Both the position numbers and the translations under genes were made by a program. A stretch of 64,000 nt of DNA. It comes from Setoptus koraiensis. Lineage: Eukaryota > Animalia > Arthropoda. Where the stretch lies: NCBI GenBank assembly GCA_048013815.1, contig CM106586.1, positions 17,236,001 to 17,300,000 of the forward strand. The letters are read 5' to 3'. This document shows positions 21,331 to 36,600 of this stretch, in pieces. The notes beneath the pieces are model-generated. The model was given only the letters and a program-made list of their open reading frames with translations, was not told where the DNA came from and made no database searches. The first letter of the stretch is position 1; each line of letters starts with the position of its first letter.

Positions 21331-21775
21331 CGCGACAAACTCCAATGAAAATATAACAGTTTCCAATTGATTTAATTTGAGCTCGCCGGGCCCCAATTGC
21401 GCAATTGGAGCTTGCCAGCGCAATTGGGCTCCAATTCGCTGGCTGGCTGGCTGGCTAGCTGGCTGGTACGAGCTGATTGTGAGTCAGTGATCAGCTGTTG
21501 GGCTTGAGTCAAGTATGAGCACACAAGTAGCGACACTCCACTTCACTGGCTCTTTATGAGGGCGCCCTTTTGCCCCCCCCCCCCGCCCGCCATAATATCC
21601 GTTGGCACTACAATGTGATCGCGCAGTCACTGCCACTGCTGGATTGCGTAATGCCGATGAATGCAGTGGGGCAAATGGAAATATACAAATATTTGCATAA
21701 GTACAACTATAAGCTATTAAGTTTGTTTGTGCGTGTGTGTTGTGCCGTTATTCAGTAATATCCAGTGTATATGCC

Positions 21776-21839
21776 AACAGTACATACGAACAGTACATAC
21801 GAACAGTACATACGAACAGTACATTCGAACAGTATATAC
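21776..21839. repeat. 13-bp tandem repeat AACAGTACATACG x~5
   Basis: Three perfect and two degenerate copies. Confidence 0.9.
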
Positions 21840-24800
21840 AGCGGGCCCCATTGTTGGCTGTGTCTATCTCGTCCAGACAGCTGACTCTCTCAAGAGAATA
21901 TTACCGTGTGTGTGTGTGTGTGTGTTGGCGGGCCCCATTCAGGTGAATTACTGCGCTCTCGCGCGCTGCTCGGCGTTACTTGTCAAGGGCCCCGGCCGAT
22001 AATCTGGTGTGTACAGTGAGACGACATGTGTATATCATTATATAAGCGATTGGAAACATTGGCAACACACGGGGCCAACTCGACAGGCTCGTTCGAGTAG
22101 CGCCAGATGGAAAAAAGCAGTTCTCGCCAACAAACTACTTGATGTGGCTACAATGAGACGGATAATTTATCACTATTTTCCATTTGCTGCCAATGGCGCC
22201 GCTTTCAACTCGCCTGCTTTCACTGCGCCACTTGATCAATATTTCATGCCGGCCGGCCGGCCACCAACTAACCCGCCGAATCGCCGGCTCAGTTCGCCAC
22301 CAGCACCGGCAGTGATGCAACTGATTTTTGGGCCCCTCGTTTGGGCTCTCTTACGTTGGACTTTTATTTGGATTCGTTTTGCAACATTTTGCCCATTCAA
22401 TTGTACCAAGACAAATCTACGCACACACTGTTCAACAGTGACTGTTGGCCAACAAAAATGACGATGCAAATTTAGCATAATGCAAATGATGATACACTCT
22501 CGATGCTGGTCGCTATTTGCACGAGTACGCTGAATTTTTACGCATATTATGCACTCCGGCAAACACCGAAACACTCGCAATGCCCACACAATAACGCCAA
22601 TATCCAATTTGGGCTAGACACACTGTAACAGTCGGACAGAGTTAACGGTTGGCCAGCAAACGTCAAACGCTGTCATTATAACGGTGCCACTGGCACGATA
22701 AAAGCAAATAACGGCCCACACAACGATTACAGTGCTCGGCTAGCCCCATTTGGCAGCGACCGATACGAGTCGCCCCACAAGCCAAAAAACTTTACTTTTT
22801 TCGATCCATTCGCATCCATATCGGACAGCTAAAACTGCCAACGATAAACATTGTCTGCTAATGCCCGTCGCTGTTGTTTTGGCGCAAACTTTAGTTTACA
22901 AGTTTTCAATTTTAATCATATTATATGATTCGCATAGCACACTGCAAGCGTCCAGCAACCAACGCACGAAAGGTATTCAAATCAATCAAACGGTCATTGC
23001 TGACCGACCTCACCTTGCTCTGCGTGCGTTTGTTGTGTCGCGCGTCTGGCCGGATTTTCACTGAAATTCACTGATATTCACAGCCCAGAGGCCCCAAACG
23101 AACGTGATTTGATTAGACGATCGCAGCCCATTGACACTTTGCTGGCCTCACGAGCGCCGGCTGCGCTTTTGGGGCCAGCCCAACGGCGACAGTTTCGCGC
23201 CGCTGACATTGAGGCGACCAGATAAAACGAGCCAAAGATAAAACTTTTAAACTAGGCACACACTCGGCCAGCTGCAACGGTGAGCAACCTCAAATGGGGC
23301 CGCACGCACATTCATCAATGACACCGTCAGAGCGGCTCAGTGTCGCCAATATCAACATGTCAAGCATGAAATTGATAGCTGCTACTTTGGGCCTGTCCAC
23401 TGCCGTTAAACAATTGGGGCCCTGCTCAGACAAACAGGCGACTTGTCCCACGACGACGAGCAACTTATCCGGCGCGCCAGGCAACCTATCGAGCCGTGCC
23501 AGCGACGATCGACGCGCTATTAGTGGCCGCCAGTAACTTGCTGATAGGCATGGTAATTGCTTAATTTGTGCCACCTTGATCCCCATTATATATCTAGAAA
23601 TTGGCACACATTGTGCAGATCTCTGGGCGTTTGCACGCCACAGCAGCGCGCCATCATGTGTCTCCCTGGGCAGCCCGCCGGCGCAAATGGGGCCCGCCAG
23701 CGCAAATGGGGCCCGCATTGTGTGAGTCGCTTTGTGCGAGTCGCGCGCTGCCAATCGGCCAGGCCGGCTCGGGTCGCCATCCTAGGGGCACTTTCGACAG
23801 CAATCATTCTGTTTGACATGGTCTTTTGCGGCTTTGCGTATGGCCGCCAGTTAGTATGGCGAACGAGGCGAACACGACGACCGGCTAAAGAGCTCAAACG
23901 CGACTAATGATGCATACAATTGACGGCTCTCCATAGATACATCTCTAGCTGGATACATGAGACGTGGCTCGAGAGCCGTTCGAGAGTTGAGGTCGTGGGG
24001 GCTTCCGACAATTTGCCTATTTGCCGTCCTAACGATGCAACGGTGCAGCCACGCGGCAGCACCACGAGCAGCGGCAAGTACGTGCTCGCCATACAGCGCT
24101 CTCGATATATCTCTATTATCTCATCATATTCTATTCAAACGGTTCTAACAACATTACAACGCACTGCATGCAGATAATAAATAAGTAGCACCAGTCGGCT
24201 GGCTGGCTGGCTGGCAGTGGGCCCCAAAGTGGATATTCAGAGCTCGCCGTTGAAATAAACACACAAAGAATTCATGTAGCATCACTCAAAAATCAGCCAA
24301 GCTTGACAGGTCCACGTGCGCCGTCATCATCGTCACTGGCGCTGATGATGATGAATGAAGAACCCAGTAAGACCTGTTCTTTTTCTTCAAGAAAAAAACC
24401 CAAAACATCGCACGGGCCCCCATTACTTTTACTTGTTATGCTGTATAATATGCCGTATGCGGTATGTATGCGATGTGACGCGCTGATAAATGTAAATATA
24501 ACATGTTACAGTTATATTGTTACATTGGGGCTGCATAGAAAGTGAAATTGCAAGTTGTTGGCCCCAGACTCTCACTAGTTTGTTCAGCTCTCACTAGTCT
24601 GACAAACAACGGAACTGGCTCGGTTGACACTTTGAATTTTTTCTGTCAGGTGATTCGATCAACACTGGCCCGTGGATCAGGCTTTCGCTTTCGCTATCGG
24701 TGTCGCCCCGGGTCGCTTGTTAAAATTGACTGCCAACTACGGGGGCAAAAGAGTTCTTATTACCTGTTTTGCACTTTTTATCCCGAGCTCTTGGAGCCCT

Positions 24801-25696
24801 CATTTATTTGTGTGTGTTTTTTTTTACTTTGATCGCATCGGTAGAATGGCACGTATATCACTGATACAGTATGAGGATATACTCGAATCTGGCTGACTTC
24901 GGGATATTCAGAGTTTCGTCCGACGCTGGATGTCGCCGCTAGTTTTGCCGTAATTTCTGCATTTAAGGACCAGCGATGACCAGCTCGGAAGGTTTCTTCA
25001 GAAGAACGAGGGATGCTTAGGCTGCTCCCTGGATTGTGATGGAATTAGTTCAAATAAATGATTGTGATTTACCAATTTATTGTATTTGTGGCCAGACTCG
25101 AAATGAAATCTCGAATTCATTCTGTTTGTCAGAGTCTTGTCGCGCAATTTTGCGTTGCTTGGACAAAAGATATTTGAACTTCAAGCAACAGAAGTGGAAG
25201 CGAATCAGCGATATAAACATACTTGTGAATTCGAAAATTTGAATTCTAGTCCAGTCTAGATTTCCTCTAGCCGTAGAGATGAATACGTACATAGATATTT
25301 GCAATACAATGATGCGATATGAGAGCGACAACCGGTGTGCACAAAACAAAGATGGTAAGACCATCTAGCGGGCCCCGTATCAACTGTGGGGCCCCAATTT
25401 CGTAACTAGTTGCCATTATTGTTCACCGGATGGCGCCAGGGTGGCAAAGTTCAAAAATTCAGGCGCCAACATGAATCCGATTATCTAATCTGTGATCTGT
25501 TTTTCTTTTCACTTTTCTCTTGATTATTTTTATTCATATTGGCGATTGGACACTCGATTGCGCTTAGAAAGCACAAATCACGACATCAGAGATCAACGGT
25601 CAACAGTGATGGCGAATTACAGACTGGCGGCCGTGGAGAGCAGCCAGAGATAGCTTGTTGTTGTTGTTGCAAGTAGCCACACTCAAGTCAGTCAGT

Positions 25697-27654
25697 ATGT
25701 ATGGTTATTCTCGGGCCCCAAGTGGCGCCACTGGGCCCCCAGCAACAAATACACAACAAATAGAGGAGGACAATGGAATGTGTAGTAAAGTGACGCCAGG
25801 AGCAACAAGAATGAGCAAAAGGAGCAGCGTTAGTAGGCGAAAGTGCAGAGATTTGACAAAATTGGTTACCAGTGGCGCCCTCTATAGAGCCAGAAACAGC
25901 TTAGATGGTGGCGATGACATGCGCATAGGGTCGCTGTGTGATGATATTAACAAACGACAGTCAATTGCGCAACAGCAACAGCAACAACAACAGCAGCAAC
26001 AACTCGATGATGGAGCCGACAAATGTATTTCGCAGCCAACACAAGCGGCCAATAGCGGCACTAGTGACGACGGTGGTGAGCCGAGAAACGACAACCACAA
26101 CGACAGCCAGCAACAGCCACATGCTAATGAGAAGACAAGTGCAAGTGATGAGGAGCGAGCAGTTGAAAGACCGATCGCATTGTTGGCGGATAAAGTAGCA
26201 GCAACAGAACAAGACGACGACGACGATGATGATGATGAAAAAGTGGCCGCTGTTGGCAGAATAACAAGAAAGAGAAGTGCTGAAAAAGTGCCAAACGAAA
26301 ACAGACACAAACAACAATCTAATGTTACATCATTAGCGCTGTCGTGTACCACTAATAACGATGATAATCATTCGGCAATAACAAGCTGCCAGCAGACAAT
26401 ACCTGAAATTGGAGCATCTCGGTCAGAGCAGCAGCAGCAACAGCAACAGCAACAGCGACAACAAGACAAGACACAACAATCGGCGAGTTGCGATTTAGCA
26501 GCGACAAGATCAAATGAATTTGCATACAATCTCAAGCAGCAATCACACAATCATACTTTTGGCAGCAGATCAGAGCAAGATAGCGGTGGCACTATTGTGA
26601 GAAAATGTCTCATACAGCCCACATCAAGTGAAATCGGCACCAGTAGAGCGAGCAAGCAGCACACCTCGAGGGCCAAAGACAAACAACACAACAGCGGCAG
26701 CAGCAGCAACAACAACAACAACTTGCTAATTTGTTCTTACCAGAGCTCATCAATATTGGCGACAAATAACAATAGTAACGATGGTACCAGTTGGAGAGCA
26801 AAAAAGACAATATTGAACAGCGTTGAATCGTCGCCACAATCTGGCTCGTCATCGACCTATCACTCTTCATCGGTGTGCTCGTCTCCGCTGTCATCATCAT
26901 CCAATAATCCATCAACTAATTATATAAATATAAATGCCAACATCACTGTTACAAGCGCCAAACAGCAGCAACAACAACAAGATTTGCGCAAGACACAAAC
27001 GTCCACAGTTGTTCATAATAGCATATTGCATCATATCAATAGTGATACCAATAATGATGAGCTAATAGAGGACGCCTATTACAACATATTACCATACAGT
27101 ATCAACAGAGCCAACATCAATGTGACAGACAATCCTGTGAACGCATTGTTTCTATCAAATGTCCAACAACAAGAAAAAAGAGACAAATTTAAAATATATT
27201 CAAATCCGCTGGACCAAACTGGCCAGCACCAACACCAACAGCGTCACTCAAACCCATACAACTGTCCTCGTCATATAATTGCGCCGCATAGCAACGATCC
27301 AACAAACAATAAAACCACACATAATGTGCAAACACCCATGGCATTAGATAGGCAGCAGCAGCAACAAAACGATTACGAGTATTATTGCGATTTAAGTTAC
27401 AACAGTAGCTCGCCAACCAACACCAACAACACACTGTCAGAAGCGCCAACAACAACAGCAACAACAACAAAACTGGATAGAGCGTCAATCAATAATGAAA
27501 GTGCCATGGACAACACACCGGCCGGCTTTCAATTAGGCAATAGACACATATCACAAATGTCACTCGACGACGATGACGGGCAACGTGCCGACGATGCAAG
27601 CCGCCATCAATTGACATTGGCCTCTGCCCGGCAGTCTAATTACATGCCAACACG
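25697..27654 (+). CDS. TENM: Teneurin exon 1: low-complexity Q/N/S-rich intracellular region
   Basis: Long ORF from ATG 25697 ends at cg|gtaagt (phase 2). It joins ttatag|a at 39344 to give an in-frame CGA codon. Assignment to teneurin rests on phase compatibility and similar composition, not on homology. Confidence 0.6.
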
Positions 27655-30600
27655 GTAAGTTCAATTCTCGGGCGCAATTCAATTTTACACTGAAATTATT
27701 TGCGTGCAACATAATGCATTCAGCATGTTTCTATCCAGCTTGAGCTTGACATTTTGCCTGCCCTCTGCTTGCTCTACATAATGGAAACACAATCTGTATT
27801 ATTATTTATCTGTCTGTCGTGTCGTATTTATCTCGGGTCTGTCCAACGTGTTGTGCCGACGAGGCATCAAATTGGCAGTTTGTGGGTCACAAACTTTGTG
27901 TGTCATAATCGCCACACTAATAGTTTATTTTTCTATTAATGGCCAGACACGAATCTATTTATTGGCGAGTCTGTTTGCGTCACAATGGGCACAAACTGGC
28001 GAGTAGTCTGACAGTTGCCACAATCAGGGTCGCGTCGGGTCGCGTCGCGAGCTCGCCACTTGGCTTCTCTCCATCAGCGGCGGCGCGCCTCGCCAACAAA
28101 TTTTGGGCCCCGCCCAAGCAATTGCAAAATCTCTCCACTTTAGCCCTTGCACACAAAGGGCAGATTTTCGCTTTGCTCTGCTGCTGGGTATATACCGAGG
28201 GGGAATATCCGCGGGGAATATCCCTAGCAGCAGCAGCAGCAGCAGCAGCATAGTGAAGAGCTGGCCAATTTTTTCTCTCTTATCCCCTGTCGGGTACGTT
28301 TGTTTGTGTGCACGAGTGGTTGTGCTCGTCGTCATTATGTCACCACGGGCACGGCAGGCCATTGAACAGCCAGATGAAAAGGTGAACTGTTAATATTGTC
28401 GTCTGGCTCGACTTTATTAAGTTTGTTTCTGCAGTTCAACAACGACAATGTATACGCTTGTGGCGCTTGTTTTATTTGTGCCCGAAGTTGTTGGGTTTCT
28501 GAAAACTAGCTGGCCAAGCCAGCCGCTGCAACTTTGCCGAATGAAAAAAAAACTTAATTAAATGCGTCATATACCACCGAACAACGCGGGCCGCACTTCT
28601 AAAAAGTGCGAGCACATGTTGTTGCTATAAAAACTCCATTGCTTGTGCGAGTGCGAGGTACAAACTGGAGCAAACACCAACCAAGTCGAGAGATTTGATC
28701 TCGCTGCCCGGCCAGCGCCCCTCATCATGGCAGCCTAGATGTTGTTGTTTGGTAACGGGGTTGCGCTGTCTGGAATTGGATCGCCTGCAGCCGACCAAAC
28801 TCGGCTAAACTGTGTCAGTTGCTGTTGTTGCTGTTGTGGCCGTTGTTGCTGTTGTGGCCGTTGTTGCTGTTGTTGCCGTTGTTGCTGTTGTTGCTGTTGT
28901 AATTTAGTATGGCCAGTCTAAAACTTCCACTAAACTGTCGTGGCCATTGAGTGCGCGAGTTCCAGTTTCATTTCATCATCATTTAAGGGCACACACACAC
29001 ACACACACACACTGACTCACAATGGTGATGTATGGGTCTAAGGCGATTACGTCATCATCGTTTCACCCAACGGGCTTTGGCCGGGTGTGTAAGTGTGTCG
29101 GATGGCCGTTGCACAAGCAGCAGCAGCAGCAGGCTTATACAGGATTATCTTTCGTATTTTGGCTCGGTCAGCTGCAGCGACCTAGAGGCCGACATGCCGG
29201 CGAGTGAGACGTGTAGCGGGTTTGTTGAAAGTTGTCGCCAGTTTCTTCTTATTTATTCATAGTTTATTTCCGATTCTCCGATTGTATCGATCGACACACT
29301 CACACACGAGAGAGACATTATATTATTTATCTGGACACACACACACACACACACTAACACACAGTGGCGATTCAGCGACAAATACATGGCGATCATGGTG
29401 GCATATCTCAATTGAGCGAGCCGTAACACACGTCGTAACCGTCACATCGTCGTCGATAGTTCACAGATTGTATCTACATGATGTGTGCGATTGTGAGTGA
29501 TAGTGTCAGATCGATAGTATCAGATTAGATGACGAGGCATTGATTGCCAACGCGCTGACCTTTTGTATAAAGTAACGGTGCAATTTTGCCAAAAACGCCA
29601 GCACCAGTAAAGCAGAAAAGTAGCAAAGTGGGCACCCTCGACGCCGGCCCAGTGATCTGTTTCAACACTTTCAACAAAACTCCTTTGGCCAGCCATTGGT
29701 GAGCTTTCGCCCGGTGCCCCCCGTTGGGATTATCCATGTATAGCCGATAAGACGAGTTTACCAGTGCCATACACACCGAGTAGTTACGTGTCCCCTCGCT
29801 GGGCCCAAAAATCTCTGTGTGTTGTCCCTGTCCGAGCTATCGCGCTGGCTTAGACCTGTCAATCAAAATGAGACACGCACACACCCGCCAACCTTGCGCG
29901 AGCCAGCCAAGATATTATTGGCGCGAATAAATGGAGCGCGAATGATATCTCACGCTATTCAGGGCCCAATCCGCTTGCCGGCTGCACTTTTGAATAGCAT
30001 CCTTCGGGCATCCTCGCAGTAGCTGGGCTCGTTATGGGCGCCAAGCGCCAGTTACATAACAAGCATTGGCTGTGTGTGTGTGTGGGGGGGGGGGCGACTT
30101 TGGGCGCATTCGGGGCGAATCCATTACGTGCTGTCGGCGCTGGAAATTTGCAAATTCCTATAAGAGACGCTGCGGCGTCGTGATTCGCTTCGCTCCCATT
30201 TCAAGTTTATCCCATCTCATCCCAGGCGAAACCATTGTTCTTGAAAGCGTGCGCGAGCGCACTAGAAGTTGCTGGTGCGTGCTGGAAGCCAATTGAGAAT
30301 TAGATTCAATTCAAGATTTGATCGATCTATCCCCAGCAGCAACTTCCACTCGTGCCGCTGGCTCGTGGCAACACCTACAAACATAACACGTGAAATATAA
30401 GATGACTCGGCAGGCAATTTGCTCCACTTTCAAACATCCAACGCTTGTGTACTTGAATGACTTTATGCAGCGTGAGTAGCGTTGAGAGGCGCCTGGCAAC
30501 TTGTTTGCGAGCAACACTCGATATTGCATATTCGCTCATTGCATTCATTCGCTATTCAGTGCCGTGATCTACTTGCCGGCATTAAGTTGCTGGCGCCGTC

Positions 30601-33600
30601 GGTGTTGTTGTCGGTGCCGCTGGAAAAGCCCACTTGAGTCACTGTGCTCAAAGTGGGAAAAGTGTGCCTGGACTGGGGACCCGCATAAGCCGAACCAATT
30701 GGCTGTGCACCTCTGCTGGCTTTTGATAGATGCACTCGCTTCAATCACTGTTCATCTGGAACACGTGCTACCTCTATTAGCCCCCCGTTCACCTTTGGTG
30801 CCGCGTCTAACAGCAGTTATTGTTATCTAGTATTAGTACAAATAGACAATATGCAAATGGCTCAATATTGTCGATATTCTCTTTCCCTTTCTCAATCCGG
30901 CGCGCGCCAACTACTCATGTCGCCGCTAATGATTTGCATAAAATCCTACTGGGTGCTGTGCCGCCGGCACTATTGTTGTCATAGCGTGTGGGCTTGCGAA
31001 AGGGCCGCCTGCAGCCCTTTCACCTGACGAGCTCGCCCGGGTTGTGGCTTACATTTTAAGCGTGCGAGAGGCCGATAAATTTAATCATCAATGCTGTTGT
31101 TCAATTCGATTTCTTGATCTCATTTACAGCCACTGACCAAATCCTCGTTTATTGGTTTATTGCGCGATCCATTATTGGCGAGAGATTCGCCTTCGTCTTG
31201 GCGCTGTGTCATGCCGCTATCAATATTGTCACGATTGCGCAACAACACAAACATACCAGATAATCACCCCGTGCACTAATCTCGTTGAATTAGTTTAGTG
31301 GTAATGGCGTTGAGGCCGGCATTGTTTGAGAGAGTCTTATGGCCTTATGTCGAGTTTGTGCGACACGATTGTGCGCCCTAGCGACAAATTGTATCTTGTG
31401 CGACCCCCGAGACCAGTGCTGTCCACTTGCGCTGACCCCGGGCTCCAGCTCGCCCGGTCGTGTCCGTCCAACTGGGCACCTATATCTGAGAGCTTCGCTC
31501 GTCCGCTGCAAACGGTGTTCAGCTGTCCGATTGGAAATCTCGTCGATGCTGTGCGGTCGTGAGAGCACATGCATACAAAAACGCATCCTTATCGTTTATT
31601 GATATAATCAATCAATCGTCCACCGCATCAGTGCCTGCTATCACTTCCGACCATCTCGCCCCTGACTCCTACGAGGGCTCATAGGAGCTTGCCAGAAATG
31701 CTCGTGTGTGTATGTTGGCAAGCAGCTATCTAAATCAGATCAGAACGCGCACTGCAAATATTGTGCGTAAGTGCTTAGCTCGCCAAAAGGTCCGTCGTGC
31801 AAGCGAGCATGAGGTAGCTAACAAAACAAGAGCAAAAGTCTAGATTATCGACTCATGCCGCCGGCCTCTGACCGGCCCATGTCCAGCGATCACCGAGAGA
31901 TGGATGTTATCGTGTCGAATGGCTGTTGAGCACTCTCGCTTCCACTGGTCTCACAGCAGCTGGCGCACATGTGCTATCTGGCTTTCCATCGGGCCGGCGC
32001 GCTCTGTCATTTAGAGTCATCTAATAAAGATATCCAAAGGAAGCCTCCATAATGCGCTCGGGCATGTGTGACAATGGCGCCCATTGTCGAGCTCGCTGGA
32101 GGAAGACGAATCTATAATCTCATCATTTCGAACATTTATTTCAAACATTCTTTCTTTGTTCGTTGCGCCCCCAGCGCAACAACTGCAACTGAGCGCGCGT
32201 TAGATTCCAAGCCGGGCCACCAGCATCCATAATCTTTCACTTTCATCTTTAACTGCATGACCGGCCACTGTACTGTCCCAGGGGCTGCTTTTGTCTATTA
32301 TCTGTCATATCAAATCTTTTGCTTGCTCTCGTTCGTCGTCTGGTCGCCCATTCGCTCGTTCGCTCGTCCGTTCGCTAATATTCGCTCGATGTTTGTGTGT
32401 GTGCCATTCGTCACATTACGCTCCTTTGATTACAATAATCGTAAAATTTGCTACCAACAAATCGCTGCCACATCCATCACCATGTCTTATGGGTGATATC
32501 ATCCATGTGCATGTTGTATGTTTTTCACTTACAAAATGCAAGTTACAACTCACTTGGCAGAACAAGCGCAGACAAAGCGCAGTTTTACTGTCACAATTAC
32601 CATTTATGACAACGACAGCCATAATGAATATGTGCCACTCACAGTGCCTGTCAATGAGTGACGCTCTCTCGGTCTCGAACATCATTGGAGAATGCCCTTC
32701 AAACATTAAAATCCGATACTATGTTGCCCATTCGGGTCAATATGGTCCAAACGGTGGGTTTTGGCCTCGTGTTCAACTGCAACTGCGGCAGTGTTAGTAT
32801 CAGTGCACGGCCGGATCAGGTGCCAGTCAGCCGGCCAGTCGGCCATGATACAGTGTAAACTGTGTCAGTTAATGGCGATAGGAAGTAGAACAAAACGCGC
32901 TGATATAACTTGATTTTATGCTTGCTCCATTGTCATGCTTGTCAGGCCATTTATGATGATACCAATCGTGAAATTTTAGCGCAACATAGCAAATGTGCCC
33001 CTGCGCTTTCGCTGTTCCTCTGCTCATCATAGCGCACCAATAGCTGCAATTTAATTGTTATATAATCATTTGTTACTCTCAATTTAATGCTGCTTGCTCA
33101 CGCGCCAGTCCCCTTGATTGTGCTCGCCAACAGAGACTGTCTATCGTTATTGCTTCTATTGTTCTAGCCGGGGCTGCAATTGTAACTGGTCAATCTCTTT
33201 GTCGTGTGCGTGTCTCAATGAACAATGAATTGGGCGCACACACACACACTGAATGAATAGCGACAGTATTACAACTAGGTAACGGTGGCCACACAGTTGT
33301 GCAACGACACACTAAATTATTTGATGTATCCATGGTTTTGTTTGCAAAGATTCTCACTATTGATCACCAACGGCAACAACCAGTTTTACTATTAGTAGTC
33401 GGCGTTGTTATTGTTGTCGCTGGGTGTGCAGCGTGTAAATTGTCGTTGTTTGTACAAGCACCATTTGTGATTATGATATCTTATTTGGTCAGTGATGTGA
33501 GTGGGGTTATATGTCCAGTATGTAGCTAAATGCAACAGAAACAGAAAACCAACTCCATCTTACAAATAGAATGGGCCGATTCTCTCATCGTGCTTGATTA

Positions 33601-36600
33601 TTCTGTATATCCCTGTACATATATGCTCCCTCTCTTTCCCTTCCTCCGGCCAATGGCTTGTGCCAGTTAATGTCGCTCTGTGGACACCGAATCTGGGCCC
33701 GCCAACATGGCCAACGAAACAGAGCCATCAACGAGGATCTTTCTGCAGCTAACAATGTCTGGCACGGTTTTATCAACTATGCTTGCAATGGCAAACACTA
33801 AAAGCGATCAAACCCAATGAATCGTGTGTGTGGGCGAACCAAATTAGTGATTATATCATATAGATTATGTATATGTAGAAAGAGAGCGCGCGTGATCTGA
33901 GTGCTAGTTGTGGTCATGTAATGTTTATCCATCAGGGCACCTAGTACGGCTCATATAGCCATTGCTGACCAATGTGTACTCAAGCCATACCAGCCCCATT
34001 CCGGGCACAAGTTTGCCTGGTTATGCAACCCGACGGTTTATTGGTTTTGTATATATGGTATAAGTAGATGTGTTTCTGTGTGTGTGTGTGTGTGCCGACA
34101 AAATACACGAGACCTCACAGCAATGGATATATTGCGTGTCTCCATAGACTTTCGTTCGAGATGCGGCCCCATAAGCGACTAGCCAGTAGCCAATGTATTT
34201 GTTGTCATTGATATTATATACGGTAATATAGAACCCGTAAAAGTGTAAGGTTTGTCGTTGTGTGCAACGAGGCCATTAAATTGAATCACGGAATCATTGA
34301 CGAGCCTTTCGTGCTGGCCTCACTCGTAAAGTTATTTGTGCAAGGCACTAAAACTGCCCGCTAACTAAAACGACTCTCCAGAGCTCGTCGCCCTGATGTT
34401 GCCGGTCATTTCCCCCGGGGTGACGCATAAACAAACCGATCTATCAGGTGGTGGCAGCAATTTTTGCTTTTGTGTTGTCACGAGGCCCAGGTCTCATACA
34501 ATGTGCCTCAACATTTGATTTTGTCTCTATCAATGCATCCATTAACTTGAGTTAAATATGCCATTGCTGTTTTTAACACTTGTAGCTTGTATGGAGATCG
34601 ATTGCCTCAATATTTGTCTATTTAGTATATACAGAGTGTCGTTTAGTGGTCCGCTATAAGTGCGCTAAGCAGCGAGAAAACAAAATCAACCAGAACATCA
34701 CTTATCTTGCTGAAATGGTATTATTATTTTGGCGGATCAAAATTACTATTGTCGTGCTGCAATTCATTTAATACCAACAGCAGCATATATATTTAAGTGC
34801 TGCTGAACAAGTCTGTGTGCATCCGCACAACACAATTGTAGAATATAAAATATGTATTCATAAATCACTTTTGACAAGGCTTGATCGTGTTCCAGTATTG
34901 AGCTGACATTCTCACAATCACTTAGCGAGTTGTATAAGTGACCCTAGTAGGAAAAATGCCATTCCCGATACTTGGCGCGAATCGTGTGCACCAGCAACAC
35001 ACACACACACACTGTTTAGAGCCCCGTTCAGCTTTTTACTTTTGTTTTACTCAATGACCAATGTCCATCACCTTCGTTCTCATGGTGCCACTGAAGCGAG
35101 CGCCCTCAGTGGCAGTTCAGTATCCGTTATTTATGCTCGCATGAGCATCAGTTCCACAGGAAACTACAGTGATCTGGTAGGATAAAAAATAATAGCCAGC
35201 CGACTGGGTATAGTCCACGCTAAGTGCATGACGTGCAGACCCATTCAATTAGGGTGGCCACGCTATGATGTGAATTAAAATTTTCTCTCTGTTTGTTTTG
35301 CTAGTTGGTCTCGTTGTTGGTACATCGGTTAGTTTATACGCGAGGAGCCCTACATATACAGATGTTGTATTTAGTTTGTGTGTTGTGTGAATTGAATAAA
35401 GGTCGATAAATTGAACCCACCAGCTAGTCTAACATGACATGGCGGTTATATTGTTTGGATATTGTGTATCTTGATAGAACCACTATAGTATGTACAGACA
35501 TGAAACACAATGTCAAGCATGGAGTAACATAACTCTTACGTCTTTTTGGTGCTTATGTAACGTTTGGCAAACTAATCCACGTTTTGTGTAACTACAACAC
35601 GACACGCGAACCTTTTGACTAGGCACGAATTCTCGTTTCTTTGGCTAACGTAATTTAGAACCTTGACTTGTAGTAGTTGGTGTTTTTACCCGTCACTATA
35701 TATATATCGTCCTCTTTTTGTGCACAGCAAAGCTAATAGTTCGCCCCCAAACGCACAGATAGATGGCAAACATTTATCTCTGACTGGGGTCCAATATCTC
35801 TGTCCAATGTGTGCGCACAGAGAAACTACTGTCACTGCTTGGCTAATAATAGAAAAAAGACGATGGAACAGTTTGACTATAAAGACTGCCAGAGCTAACT
35901 GGCAAGTTAGCATAGCATCGACATGTTTGACTCGCGGACACGAAATAGAGAATAGTGTTCCCATTTCGTCCGTTGGATTGATTGACTCTAGCGATACCTG
36001 CTAAACCTGAGTTCGTTGTTGATTGGTGGCGGATTGCACTAGCTAACTTCACCTGTAATTACACTCAGACTTGAAATAGTCTTAATTTGGAATCAAGTTA
36101 GCAGAATTATTCGCTATGTCTAGATGAGGTACACTATAAACTATCTTAGTGTTGCTGTGGCTCTCTTATTAATGCTAGCAAAAAAGCTATTCGCAAATGA
36201 ATGGGGACTGCTCGAGTGCACGAGCTAACACAGTGAGTAGTCTCATGGCTGTTGGCCATAGCCATTAACAGGCTATGTTGTGCTGGATATCTACTTGCTT
36301 AGTGTCATTAGGTAGCGATAATTAGAATTTCTAGTATGGCTCCTATTTCTCTGTACTTCTTTGTAAACAAACACGTATAGTTGATAAGATACATTCACTT
36401 TGTGTCGTCCTTCCTAGTTTATTTGATCATGGGCAAAGTCGATCCAGGGCTCACAATACTAGTCAGCTAGCCATGAGTCTACGTTAATGGGATCTCTTTG
36501 AATAATAATGATTAACGGTATATTAAAACATAGAATAGAACCTCGCTGTATTGTTGCAATTGAACGCATGGCGAACCATGAGTATAATTCCAATTGGATG

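Noticed and set aside
24840-25070. Stop-interrupted protein-like frame (MARISLIQYEDILESG*LRDIQSFVRRW...)
   Set aside because: No recognisable family; could be chance or an old TE fragment; needs a database search.
16772-25364. Numerous short ORFs upstream of teneurin
   Set aside because: Driven by GC content and microsatellites (poly-T, poly-V, HT/CV repeats); no homology visible.
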